A stretch of DNA of 64,000 nt from Lama guanicoe (GCA_013239625.1 MU053873.1:1564524-1628523), one strand, 5' to 3'; shown: positions 13,668 to 26,580, counted from the first letter of the stretch. Translations and numbers: made by a program. The notes: generated by a model not told the origin, from the sequence alone.

Positions 13668-13789
13668 CTTTATACTATGTTGTTTCTTGTACCTACGTGT
13701 CTGTTCTGAAACTAAAGTGAAGTGTTACAAGCAGGCTAACTGGTTAAGGCACTTTAAAAATGCACAGTACTGTCACTAGTTACGATGAG

Positions 13790-14440
13790 TCTGCCTCACC
13801 TTTGTTCAAACTATCAGCCTTAATTTTGCTGTTGAGAAAAAAAATCTCCTGATAATGTTTGGAGATTATATACAATTTCCACTTTCCTCCATCACCACAA
13901 TTCCTTTTTATTGGATGGAATCCATAAATTACACATGACTTGGCTGAATTGACATAAATAGGTATGTGGTGAAACTCGTTTTATATTCATGTCTGAATTT
14001 ATTGTTAGGTCATTTGTAGATTTTTCTGGCAAGTTACACTCAGTTTTAATGGTGCAAAACTGTAGACTGTTTTACTGACCAGTTTATGTAGGTTGTAATC
14101 AAACTTGCCACTGAAAGGATTCCTTAGCCTTGCAGTCTGGAAGCAATATAAATTGGGGTTGTTAATTACTCCCCTTCCATCTTTCCTGTGTCGTAGAGTG
14201 ATTCTTGGGACCACAGCTTTAGGATGATATATATCTTGGGTAGTCATTAACACTCAGCTGTTAGGAGCAATGAGTTCTCTGACCTGGACCATTTAATGAC
14301 ACCTAATGAATATGCTAGAACTGACTGCGGCAAATCTCTTGCCTATATCTGAAGGTATTGAATCTTTTCTCCAAACTTGAGTTAAAATGTTTTCATCACA
14401 TGAACTTAATTCTTGAAAATAAGATTTACTGTCATTAACA
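13790..14440 (-). mobile_element. Fossil R4/Dong-clade non-LTR retrotransposon fragment (Mam_R4-like), post-RT coding region
   Basis: Minus-strand VLAYSLGVIKWSRSE (14321-14277), then after a frameshift LMTTQDIYHPKAVVPRITLRHRKDGRGV...LHKLVSKTVYSFAPLKL. These resemble the recalled R4-clade motifs PVLTYSFGxIKW, HHPKxxxxRLYLPRxxGGRG and LHxxI...YTPLxL. Confidence 0.78.
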
Positions 14441-16227
14441 TCTTAGTAGACCTCAGGGTCAGTAACAAGTGTGGTGTGGCTGGACTTTTGCGTGGCTGCC
14501 TACCCTTTCTTCCTCAGTGACTACCTCTTGCTTTATTGTTTGTTTGTTTTTAACTTTTTTTTCCTCATATGTAATTGAGGCCATGTAAGGCATATAAATT
14601 CAGCACAGTAGCAAAAGGCATAGCAAGGACGAAGTGAACACAGTCTGCTCCTTACTGTACCGCACTTTACAGCACATCACTTGTATCTCACTGCAAACTT
14701 GGTGACTAAAGGAGGGTTAGACTCATTAATGAGTTTCTGCACTGAAGACTCCGCCCAAGCTCACCTCCTCTCCTAGGGTTTTTCTGACTTTCTCTCTACC
14801 CCACCCCCAACTCCCTGAACCGATCCAAGTTGAACAGATCACTCCCTCCTTCATGCCTGGACTATATGCACTTCTTTCAAGTCAGCTGTGATAATTACTG
14901 TGTGTGTTACGTGCTAGGCCTCCATACTGCATTCTGAACTTTTTAGGGACTGGGACCGGGTCTCACTCATTTATTCTGCACAGGTTGAGTGCCCGTCTCC
15001 ATCTCGGTTGCTGTGTCGGGTGCTGAGGATGCACTGGTGACCCCAAAGTGCCTGTCCCCGTAGGACTTGGGCATGCGATTCTTAGCCCTAGGGGGTCTGC
15101 TAAACAGTAAGGACTTAACAAAAAGTGTCTGTTGAATAGTGTGATGCTTTTCATTCACAGTCGTTTCTGGTATTTAAGTTTGTACCAGTTAAAACTTAGT
15201 GAGCCTAGACTCTGTGCAAGTCTGGCTTTTTTCTCTAGGATTTCAAGGTACCCTTTGTACATAAGAGTAAGAAAAGTTAATAAAATCATGGCTCATGTTT
15301 GTACTATGCCTAATGATTAACAAATCTTTTACTATACTTCTTCTTTCACTTGATTCTTACAGTATCTGTGAGACAAGTAGAGAAGACGGTTTTATTTTCA
15401 TCTTGCCCATGGTCACTAGGGTCTAGTCTTCTGTTCCAACTCCAACATACCTATGCTCACAAACATGCCCTCACACACAGGTGTGCATGCTTTAAAATCA
15501 CTTTAGAGATTTGTCAACTTGAGATGACCTTGCTTTTATTTCCTTAGAGATAAATTCCATAGTGAGGTCACTATTGTAGGAAAGAAAATTAATCACCAAA
15601 TAAGGAAACAAAGAACGAAAAGGGCAGGGGAGGCTTTATTTTTCTCAGTAAACCCAGCTAGTGTGATCCATCATTGGAACCTCTCCCTTCCTTTTGTAGT
15701 GTGTGAAATGGTAACAGTCATGGATGAGCAAGGTACCATATTTCAGTGTTAGAAGACACCACATAGACCATCTGATCCAGTCTCCTTTTTATAGCTAAGG
15801 GGACTGAAGTACAGAGAAATGCAATGACTCACATCAAGTCTCTCAGTTAGTTTAGTGGTAGCCATTCTTTAGATCACTTGGTGTGAAAATATGAACTATG
15901 AGAGCAGTGGTCTCTTGGTATATGCTAAGTCTGTTTAACAAGGCTGTGGGTCCAAGAAACCTTTTAATTCAACTGACCTGTTTTGAGTCAGTGGCTACAA
16001 AGCTCTTATAATTTTCCTTGGCAGGTCCCAGAGGATTCTAATGAGCAACTGCTCTCCTGAGTGACTGGAGATTGACCCTTGAGTGTGGAGAGGATAAGCA
16101 TCTTCAGTCTCAATCTGAGCACACAGCTTTCTGACAGTCCTTTCCTCAGAGGCTGAAATTGGTTTAAGGTCTATCAAGTCTTAGAGTCAGTTCTGGGTGT
16201 TGACTATAGCCTTTTTTGCATCTTTCA

Positions 16228-16232
<5 letters not shown>

Positions 16233-16269
<37 letters not shown>

Positions 16270-16300
16270 CTACACATACATACACATACACACACATATT
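16233..16300. repeat. (TG)17 microsatellite followed by a CA-rich tract
   Basis: Direct reading: TG x17 at 16233-16266, then tacctacacatacatacacatacacacacatatt. Confidence 0.95.
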
Positions 16301-16822
16301 TGGTTAGAAGTTAAAATATCATATTTTAGAAGACCACAGACTGTTATCACTTGATTTCATAGGATATTAGTTTGTGTAGAAAAAGACAAGTTACTGTTGT
16401 GTAAGAGGGTAATATATCTATGTCTGGTAAACTAGGGGGAGGTCATGGAGGTCATATGTGGGTATGTAGCCATTTTTATTCCTAGATTTCCACAATCTTT
16501 GAGCTTCATTGTTTTCTGGCTGTGGCACAAAAGCATTAGAAACTGTTCAGATTCAGTGAGAACTGAGACTTGAACCTACTTGTTCTGGGTCCTCTTGCGT
16601 GGTGCTCCTTTCACCAGCCCACCCTGGAGGTGTGTGGGAATTCCAGCAGTCTCTGACATTTCTTTGTTTTAGTCATATATTATGTGAATGAAGAGTCAAA
16701 TACAGCGCAGTGTTTTGTGACCAGGGCTGATGAATGAAGATACTGAGAACCACAGTAAAGCACGTTAGGCTTGACTAATGCTAAGTTATTTGTCTTTAGT
16801 TACTAAGATATCAGGATTTGTG

Positions 16823-16976
16823 CACAGTGAAAAAGAATATGACAATGAATATGTGTGTGTTCATGTGTAACTGAAAAACTGTACTCTACGCTGGAAATGG
16901 ACACAACATTGTAAACTGACTATAACTCAATAAAAAAAGTTAAAAAAATAAAATTAAATTAAAAATTAAAAAAAAA
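16823..16976 (+). mobile_element. Very short 5'-truncated young camelid/cetartiodactyl L1 3' end with A-tail and TSD
   Basis: gaaaaagaatatgacaatgaatatg...gacacaacattgtaaactgactataactcAATAAA plus A-rich tail. 18-bp TSD with 1 mismatch: aagatatcaggatttgtg (16805-16822) / aagaaatcaggatttgtg (16977-16994). Confidence 0.9.
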
Positions 16977-17335
16977 AAGAAATCAGGATTTGTGGATATC
17001 AGTGGGTGCTTCTCCGGAAGTCCGTACGTCCTTCAGTTATTTAGCAAATACTTAAGCACCTTGCAGTATTTTAGGCAGGTTACAGAATGGAGAGAAGAGA
17101 CCACACATACACAAACCAGATGCCTACTGCAAATTCTGGTTTATTGTGTCATGTACATACGACTCGGAGAAGCAAGTGGCTGTGCAGAGTGGTCTCAGGT
17201 ATAGCATCGTGTTCTGGTTGCCTACAGGGCGCACAGCTTCCCAGACAATCCCCATGCAAGTTCTGCCTGGTTAAGCACCTCCTACTCTGCAACTTTTTTT
17301 TTTTAACTGTCTTATTTTATGTATCTACCTGTTTC

Positions 17336-17410
17336 TTTTAAACTACTTTATTGAGATATGATTGGCATACACAAAGCTATTACATGTTTAATGTATACGG
17401 CTTGATGAGT
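17336..17410 (-). mobile_element. Short L1MA-type 3' end fragment
   Basis: ctttattgagatatgattggcatacacaaagct...acatgtttaatgtatac...ttgatgagt. Confidence 0.65.
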
Positions 17411-17689
17411 ACCATCTTTTTATTTTCAGGGTTACATCAGTGTTCCAAAAGAGCTTACACTTACAGTATATGTGCTTTATTTAAGTACATATTTACAAAC
17501 ATAGCACTCTCCTGCACCCACTGCCAGACTTGGTCTGAGCAAGGCCAACTCATTCTTGATGGAGAGAAAATAAAAAACATTCTTCTGTGTCTCTGAACCA
17601 TGTCTCTGCCTTCAGCTTTCCAGTGTCTCTGAAGCCCACCCTTTGATGTTGATATTGATGGTTCTAATGCTGGGTTTAGAAAAATCTTT

Positions 17690-17915
17690 TTCTTCTTGAC
17701 ACCTACTCTGTGTTCTAGGTGCTCTGCTGGGGGTTTATATAATTAAGAATCTATAAGGGCAGGTATTATTGGCCTCGTTTTATACCGTGAATAAACTGAG
17801 GCCCAGAGGGATAAATTACTTGCTGGAGGTCATACATACTAAGTAGTGGAGCCAAGGTTCATTCTCATATCTTTCTTATTCCAGAGGTGGCCTCTTGCCC
17901 TTTTCAGCACACCAT
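17690..17915 (-). mobile_element. MIR
   Basis: gacacctactctgtg...aggtattattggcctcgttttata...aaactgaggcccagaggga...gaggtcatac. Confidence 0.8.
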
Positions 17916-20900
17916 GTAGCCAAGGATTGTGTTTCAGGGTCAATGTTTTCTGAGTTCTTGTTCTTTTCCTCTAGTGAAATGCTGCAGTGATCATAGTGAT
18001 CATACTGTGTCACAGTAGTGAAGAACTTTTTATTGAAGGCCTATTTTTTGTGCCTCCTTTACAGCTACTCGGCCCCCATGAAATCAAGTGGCATCCTCTT
18101 CAAAGGGCTTAGTAGCTTGTTATTTATACTTAGAATTTTCCCCTTAAGGGTACTACATTCAACTTGTAGATAACTTCAGTAATAGATAATCCCAACCAGA
18201 ACAATCTAAATATCATTTACATTTGGAGGATTTTCCCATATTTACCCTCTTAGTAACATTTTGTGTTAATCCAGTATTAGAATGAATTAGTCCTTTTCTT
18301 TGTCCTTCAAGTTTTATTGCCTTTGTTCCTACCCCCTTTCTGCCCAGAGAACAGATTTTCCCCCATTATCTGTAACAACACGAGTCAGTTGCACTTAAAT
18401 TACTTTTGAGTGGCTATTTCTTGCAGTAGTGCTGAGTAAAGTACTAATGAGGATGGCAACCAGAGTACAGTGTGGCTCCCAGGGTAGGAATTTGTCAGTT
18501 TTCTTTTTCTGGCTTCCCCATAGCCAAAATTCAGTGACTTTTCAAACCCCTGGTGAGAGGACCCATCTCTTTTTCTATGAAGACCTAGTGCTGTTTAAGG
18601 CACAATGCAGCTCTCAGGTCTTAAATGATTTAACAGAGAAAATACTAATCAGAGCTCAGCTACTGCAAGGGACGTATTAACCAGATTTGTGCTTCAGCAG
18701 AGTGGGCTACATTTTCCTTTATGGCCTAACATCTGAGCAGTGTGATAGACTAGGTTCTCTTGCACTAGCTCTGGACACTTACTGCTGCTTAGGCTAGCAC
18801 AAATACTGTAATTAGCATGTAATGCTTTTACAGTTGAAAGATGATCAGAAAGTGGCGCATTTGCTTACTTCTTCAAAGAATTAAACAACGAAGGACCTGG
18901 AGGCACTGTATGACCGTAACTTGAGTCAGAGTCCACAGTGAACAAAAATTTTATACAGTGACATCTGAAGAGGCTAGAGCATTTACTAACCATAGTCGTC
19001 TGAGGTTTCCCCCATCTTTCACAAATGCATGTATTTATATCACTTACCAGTTTGTGATCATGGGCTTTTGTATTTTAATTAGCAATGACTGCAGAATGGC
19101 TCACAGCTGACCCAAAACATAATTAGAATAATTGTGGGAGTCGATTTTGTAATTTGGCTTTCAAGGGAGTTAGGTGGAATTTTAAAGTCATGTTTTGCTT
19201 CAGATCCTAGGACTCCAGCCTCTTCCTTTCCCAGTTTCTAGTATTGTTCCCCTCTTTTTTGACATCCCATGGCCATTTAGAGCTTTGTGCAGTCTGTGGT
19301 CACCCTCCTCTGCTTATCAGATATTTAACCCTTAGCATCAATCAGTTGGCGGGGGGGATCAATGTTATTTCATGAAAATCAATGTGCTACTTCTTCCAAG
19401 GAGTTATTTCCATTTAAGCCTGATCTCTAATGGTGAAATAAATGATTCTGCAGCTTGTTAAAGGAAGAGCTTATCTGGGCTCCTTCCCTGATCTGAGAAA
19501 TCATACCTTAATTTCAGAGTTGGCCCTGCTCTCTGATGTTTGATTTGTATGTATTTATCCCATCAAATGTTTAATTCTGTTGTTCATTTAACATCTTCAT
19601 CTTTGAAAATTCTCTTTGAATTCATACCAAATAGGTGAATCATTTGCCTGTCTGGTATTTTCCTATGTTAATCTCAATTCCCTCAGTCCTTTGGAAACCG
19701 CTAGGTGGAAGTGTCATTTTATTAAAATTTAATGTCAACGTGACCCTGGAGTGTGGGGCAGCTGGGCAGAATTATCATCAGGTGTAAATTCTAGTCTGGG
19801 CTTCAAGGTGCACACGATCTTTTTCAGTCTTGTCACATGTATTAATTACTGTGCTGTACCACCTTGAACAGAGGTCTGAGAAAACGGAGTCTTTGGAATT
19901 CAAGGATATTTATAAGGAAAAAAAATTCAGATAGACTATGGAGAAATAAATGAAGTAGAATAGAGTCATTTGTGTGTGGTGATTCTAGCATTAAAATAAA
20001 AGAGCATCTTTTCATCTTAACTATATTCTCTAAAAGGTTTAAGCCCTTTTTATTCCATGTTTCAGTCAAGAAGGATCAAAATAACATGAAAACACTGGTA
20101 ATAATTCACAAGGACCCTTATGATGGAGATAAGGCTGATAGTGAGTTGGTGGTATGCTCTCCACTGAGATCATGTTTTACCCGGAACGCATATTAGTTTT
20201 TGCCATTTGGTCTGAAATACAAGAGAATAAATAATAGAAGGATAGGGGAAATGCAGGCAATAAAGAAAGTAGTGTTTACTGCTACCAGGAGTCCTCATCA
20301 TTTAGACACTTAATTTTCTTTGAATAAGAGTGAAGATACATAGCTGTATTTTTCTAGTGTTCCCTGTAGTGTCTAGTATTTATAAGTGTTTAATAAATTT
20401 TTATCATAATTAATATCCCAAATGTACTGAGATTTTCTCTGGGGGATGGAGGACCAGAGGCTTAGGGATCCTGGGAAAGATTAAGTGTGTTTTTTATGAG
20501 TTACTGTTTGTGTCTGAGGGCATCCTGACTGACTTATTCATTGTGTTCCTTGCCTCAAGCTCAGTTCTGTGTGGCAGGGTAGCTGTTTGGCAGAGCCATG
20601 AGAGTCAGGCTAGTGTTTATTGTGTTGGACACACGAAGGGGGAAGAACATGGGCTTCAAAGTTAGACCTGGATTACAGTTGTAGTTCTACTGCAGTCTGG
20701 GTGATGGGGACAATTCCACTTCTCTTGCAGGGTTAATGTGAGAATAGAACTGATGCATATAAAGGACCAGGCATGGCAGAGGCTCTTGATTTTAGCTATT
20801 ACTAATAGCCTTTAGACAGAGATAGTGAGTCCACGTGGACATGGGGGTAAGCAGGTCGGCCTACACTCAGTGGTGGTTATGGTTTGCACATTGGCCGGTG

Positions 20901-22099
20901 TCCTTCACAGTGCACCAAGCCCTAATGGTTGTTGAGTTCAATTCAGTACACTCTTAATGAACACTTCTGATTCCTACAAGAGAAGTAAGTATGATGTCTT
21001 TCCCTGGAGAAGCTTGCAGTTTCATCAGGGCTGGGTAGAGCTAACTACATGCAGAGCTCTGTGCAACAGGCCCAGGCTTGGGCATTCAGGAGCGAGAAAT
21101 AGCGTGAGTACCCTTTTGGGGGAGGGGAAGTCAGGGAGAATTTTGTGAAAGAGTTGGTGGTTGAGAGGACTCATGAAGAATGGGTGACGTTTTGACCAGC
21201 AGAGGTAGATGGAAGAAATGGAACTGAGGTATTAAAAATAAGGCAATGAATAAATGTGTTTTTCTTCCTTTCTTTTTTTTAATGGAGAAATAACATAAAC
21301 AGAAGGGCTTCTGAAGGCTCAGTATCAATCTCTTTGTGACAGGCGAGGCAGAGATGGCATAAACAGCAGTGCTTCTGCTGGTGTTAGTCCCAAGCCCAGA
21401 TTTAGCATCTTTATTTAAAACAGAGATGGATGCTCATTAAATTTATGGAGAACAAAGAATTGGAATGGAATGGGTTAGTCCGTGGGGGAGGTGGGCAGGA
21501 GAAGGGACTGGGGCTGGGAGCCAGGATTAGGCTTTAAAAGACTTCTGCAAGTTACACTCCTGATCACAGTCATATAGAATGGCATTTGGTAGAGATCAAA
21601 GAATTAGCAGTTTAATTCAGCCATTAAAATAAACAAGCCAAGCCCAGCTGGATAGGGGAATACATAAAAATTCACGGAGTCTTGACCTGGAAATTATCAC
21701 ACCTCCTGTTCTCTGAGCACAATCAGACACTGGGGACCTTGGGGCTGTTCTAAGACTTAGAATTCTTGAACAAATGTAAAGAACTTTTACAGGTTATGGT
21801 AAAAATAGCTCCCATTTATTGAGTATTACTATTTTATTGTAGCAAATAATAGTTAACATTTATTGAATATTTGGTTGGTGCCAGGCCCCAAAATAGGTAT
21901 TATCTTATACCTCCCAATAGCCTTGCAAGGTAGCTCTTTATCTCCATTTTATAAATCAAGAAGCTGGAGCTCTGGAAGGTTTTTGCCTGAGGGCCAAAGT
22001 GAAAAAGCCACAGATCCTACGTGGCTCTCCCGAAGTCCATGCTTGCCTCACTTTACCATCTTGTCTTCTACCAAGAAATACAAATAATGCCAATACTTG

Positions 22100-22440
22100 A
22101 AGATAAGCAAATCTATGGAATAATGTGTACACTATGTTACTATTTCTATAAAATTTGAAAACATACAAAAACATTAACAATTATTGTGAATTCATAATAT
22201 CTGGTAATCATATCAAATATGGATGGGAGTGGTGAACATAAGGATCAGGATAATGGTTACCCTGGAAATGGAAGAAGATAGTAAACTGCATCTGTAATAT
22301 TAATTTTCCATAAAAAAGAAAAGAAAAAATCTGAGGCAAATATGAGAGAACATTAAGATTTGTTAAAATTGGGTCATGGGTATTTGTTATATTACTTTTC
22401 TCTGTTTGAAAATTTCAGAAAGCTAAAAACAAACAAAAAA
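22100..22440 (+). mobile_element. Old L1 (L1MC4/L1ME-like) 3'UTR fragment
   Basis: caggataatggttaccct...tctgaggcaaatatg...cattaagatttgttaaaattgggt...gggtatttgttatatt. Confidence 0.6.
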
Positions 22441-22729
22441 CAGCCCTAAATTATGACCCAGAAAGCTTTTGCAGTGGAAAGAGGGATGAGCTGGATGATG
22501 CAGCACCTTGGGAGCCCCCTTAGGATGGCTACGAAACTGTGGGCCTCCGAGGACCAAAGTCCTGGCTAGTTTGGCATCTTTATAGCTTCATAAATCTCAG
22601 GTACAGAATGATGGTGCAAAGAAAATTCTTCCACCTATCCTTGTTGCTCTTGTTTTAAAACTGTTGAATAAGAGCAGGACTTTGAAGTTTCTGAGTCTAT
22701 TCAGGTGCGGTATTTTGAAAAGAGCCAGG

Positions 22730-22930
22730 GCTCTGTGAAGTCATACTGACTAAGGTCTGAAACCCAGCCCTGCCACTTGACAGCCATAAGACTGAGGACA
22801 AGTTATGAAACCACTCCAAGTCTCTGCCTCTTCTGTGAAAGGAGAAAAACACTACCTCATCGGATCATTGTGGGCTAGAGATGACATGTGTAGAGTTGAG
22901 CACATAATAGGTACTCAGGGTAGGTTATTT
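22730..22930 (+). mobile_element. MIR
   Basis: gaaacccagccctgccacttgacagc...gacaagttat...ttctgtgaaagg...taggtactca. Confidence 0.7.
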
Positions 22931-22959
22931 CATTTGTCCTCTGAAGCTCTATACAAATA

Positions 22960-24560
22960 CTAACTCCATTCAGTTCTACGTCCTAAGTATTTCTCTTATC
23001 CTCTCACTTCTCTCTACTCCCAGAGCCTTCACCTCTGTTCTGGCTGCAATTCTCTCTCACTTGCACCTGATAAGCAGCCACTTAACTGATAATTCTGTGT
23101 TTGCACTGGCCCCCCTCCAAGTGTTTTGCTTCCTTACAGTCAGATCTTTCAGAAACCCATGTGGAACTACACGCCTGCCTTGCTTATTTCAGCCTGTTGG
23201 GTGCCCCAGGCTGTCCCTGCCATCTTCTTCTTCTTCCTCCCTGTTCTTGGTCACATTTCATGACTCACCCATACAGAGTTTTTTTCCGGTAACTTTAAAT
23301 TTCATACTCTCTCTTCCCTCTTGCTTCTTGTCCTCCTCCCTCTGCACCTTGTCCCACCTCACCTAATTCCCACATACCCTTTAGGCTTTTTCCCTCCCCC
23401 TTTTAAAAACTGATGTATAATTGACATATAACAATTATATTAGTTTCAGGTGTACAACACAATGAGTTGATATTTGTGTGTGTTGCAAAATGGTCATCAC
23501 AATGTATAGCTGACATCTGTCACCACACATAGTTACAAACATTTTTTTATTGTGGTGAAAACATTTAGGATCTACTTTCTCAGCAACTTTTAAATATGCA
23601 ATAGAGTATTATTAACTAAAGTCACCATTCCATACATTATGTTCTATGACTTACTCATTTTATAACTGGAAGTCTGTACCTTTTGACCCGTCTTTACCAT
23701 TTTTGCCACCATCCCCATCCCTGCTTCTGGCAACTGCCAGTCTGTTCTCTGCATCTGTGAGCTTGGTTTTGTTCTGTTTTGTTTTACATTCTATATGTAT
23801 GTGAGATCATACAATATTTGCCTTTCTCTGACTTATTTCACTTAGCATAATGTCTCTCAAGGTCCATCCATGTTCTAAATGGCAAGGTTTAATTCTTGTT
23901 CATGGCTGAATATAAATACATACACATCACATCTTCTTTATCCATTCACCCATTGATGGACACTCAAGTTGCTTCCATGTCCTGGCTGTGTGCTGCAGTG
24001 AACAGGGGGGTGCATGTCTTTTTGAATTAGTGTTTTCATTTTCTTCAGATAAATACCCAGAAGTAGAATTGCTGGATTGTATGATAGTTCTAATTTTAAT
24101 TTTTTGAGAATTCATCACGCTGTTTTCCACAGTGGCTGCACCAACTTACATTCCCACCAACAGTGCACCAGAGTTCCCTTCTCACCCTAACACTTGATAT
24201 TTCTTGTCATTTTGATAATAGCCATTTTAGCAGGTGTGAGGGAATATCTCATTGTGGTTTTGAATTGCGTGCCCCAGGTTAGAGATGTCAAGCACCTTTA
24301 CACGTACCCCTTGGCCCAGGCTTCATTTTAATCCCAGTTTCTCTGGGAGGCCTCTGCTGATCCATACCCGAGGTTAAGTCTTGCTGCCCCACCTCATGCC
24401 CTGCACTTGCCTAGTCTTCCTCAAACACTGTGTTGTAATTTCTTGTTTGAGTCTGTTCTACGCTAGCTGTGCGCTCTTCATGAAAGTAGAGTTTATCATG
24501 GTCATTGTTATCTCCCCAGCCTAGCTGGCAGATAATAGGCACTCAAAATTACTGCTTTGG
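22960..24560 (+). mobile_element. L2 remnant split by the L1 at ~23400-24316
   Basis: Pyrimidine-rich L2-like sequence on both sides of the L1, ending ...atctccccagcctag...aataggcactcaa. Confidence 0.55.
23400..24316 (-). mobile_element. 5'-truncated L1 (L1MA9-like)
   Basis: tgatgtataattgacatataac...tttcaggtgtacaacac 3' end and minus-strand ORF2 remnant (ARTWKQLECPSMGEWIKKM). Confidence 0.9.
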
Positions 24561-25329
24561 TTGTTTAAAGAAATTGATTTTGAGATGGATCAAGTACTGC
24601 TCCTATACTTTACTCACTGTGTGCTCTTGGTTAAATTACCTGACTGACCCTCAGTTTTCTGACCTTTAAATGGAGATAACTCCATCCAACTCTAGTGTGT
24701 TTTGAGTTGCAAGTAAGCCAGTGTACATAAGCTGCCTGGCACATAGTGGATGCTGAATAAATGCTATTTTCTTTTCATAAATGGATAAGTCAGAAGACAG
24801 GTTTTCTAAGAAATGTAATTGTGCTTTTTAAAAATAAAAACAACAAAAAATTATTTGTGTGGTAATATAATATGAATTTCTACTTGTAAATCAGGTAGAA
24901 CAGGTCTCTGAGAACCTATTATCAGCTGCTTATGTCAGCAGTTTGTAATCTTTCTCCTACCAGTGGTGGCCCTAGGCGGTTTACAGCCTTTTAGCTTGTC
25001 ACTCTGTGTTGCTCCTTAGTTGCTAGTTGGAGATGGAGTGTTCAAGACTGCCTTACACCTGCTTGTTTGTTCCCCATTCTGGGCCCTAACTGCCCTGCTT
25101 TGATTCTTAAGTTCTCAGAGGAGCTGTCTTCCTGGCCTTGTGACTCTAAACCCAGTTCTAACCAGTTCTAAACAATTCTTTCCCAGCCCTGGTGTCTGAT
25201 CTTGGAGGCTGGGATTTTGAGCTGCATTGTAAAGAGGAGCCAAATATCAACAGTCTCTGACCCCATTTGGCCCTAATTTATTTTTTTGGTACTGTTCTTT
25301 CTAATTCAAAGTGAATAACACTAGGATTT

Positions 25330-26580
25330 TTAAAAAGCAGGACTGTTTTGAATTGTAAATTACTGCATGCTGCTGTAGAAAATTTAGAAAGCAGTGATCA
25401 AAAAGGCAAACAAAAAGCATGTCATCTAATTTCCCATCTGACAGCACTATTAACATTTTATATTTTTTCAGTCTTTATTCTTTTCTTCAAAAATAAAGTT
25501 CATTTTATCTAAAAAATTTTCAAATCCATATTTATAGGTAAGTTACACAGAAACACAAATGTCATCCAGTTTTATGACTCAAAGATAATTACTGCTAGTA
25601 TTTTTGTATATGTTATTTCTTAAAATTTTAAAAATAAAAAGCGTATAAAATATACATGGATAGATTCTCACGGTAAAATTTTAAAACATTACAGGTAAAA
25701 TGATTATACCTTTTGTTGCTCACCCATTCCTCCCCCTTATCCTTGTAAAGTAACACTTTTGTCCACTTAATGTGTATCTTTCCAAAAGGGTGGAGTAGGA
25801 GAGAGTTGGTATTGGCATTTAGTAGGTAGAGGTCCCAGATGCTGCTAAACATCCTGCAAGGCACAGGACAGCCCCCTAAAGCAGAGAGTTATCCAACACA
25901 AAATATCAGTAATGCTGCAGTTGAAAATTCCTGGTCTTGAGTCTAGAAGGAAAATTATTGTGTCAAAAGGCACCTTTAGGACTTTTGATTTGTTCTGTCA
26001 GGTTGCTTTTCAGAAAAGCTTCACTAGTTTATGTTCCTACCAACAGTGCTCTAGAGTACTTTCCTTATTTCGTATTATTTTTTTCCCAATATGGTGAGTT
26101 TTAAAAAAACTACATTTTTACACTTTGCTTTTTAAAAGTTGGAAGTTTAATCTTTTCTTTTGTGTTCCCTTAATTACTAATGAGAATGAGTTTTTCCATG
26201 GGTTTTTTTCTTTTTAACATTCTGTTGGTAAATTGTATGTTCTTTCATCCCTTATTTGTGACAGATATTTTTTTCAGGGTTTTTTTTTTGCCATTTAATT
26301 TTCTTTATGATGTTTTTGACATAAATAAATTTAAATTTTTATACAGTCCTATATGTTGATTTTATCCCTTGGAGTGTGTCTGTTGGTTTTAGGCTTAGAA
26401 AGTCCTTCCTATTCAGAAATTAAGTAATCACCGATATCTTCTTCTAGTTTTTTTGTTTATTTTTTATGTTTAACCTTTTTTAATCTATTTGATATTTATT
26501 TTGAAGAACTATATATTTTTAACCAATTGTTCCATCTCCATTTACTTGATAATCCTTTATTTCTTCATTGATCTTATTAT
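25330..26580 (-). mobile_element. Very old L1 (L1ME-like) fragments with a nested partial MER20
   Basis: Degenerate antisense L1 3' sequence (ggcttagaaagtccttcc, aaccaattgttcca...ccattta). Confidence 0.6.
25795..25933 (-). mobile_element. Partial MER20
   Basis: ggcatttagtaggtagagg...gatgctgctaaacatcctgcaaggcacaggacagcccc is the MER20 reverse complement. Confidence 0.85.

Noticed and set aside
17183..17291. Possible MITE bounded by TGCAGAGT inverted ends
   Set aside because: Only ~9-10 bp of complementarity and no TSD; compatible with chance.
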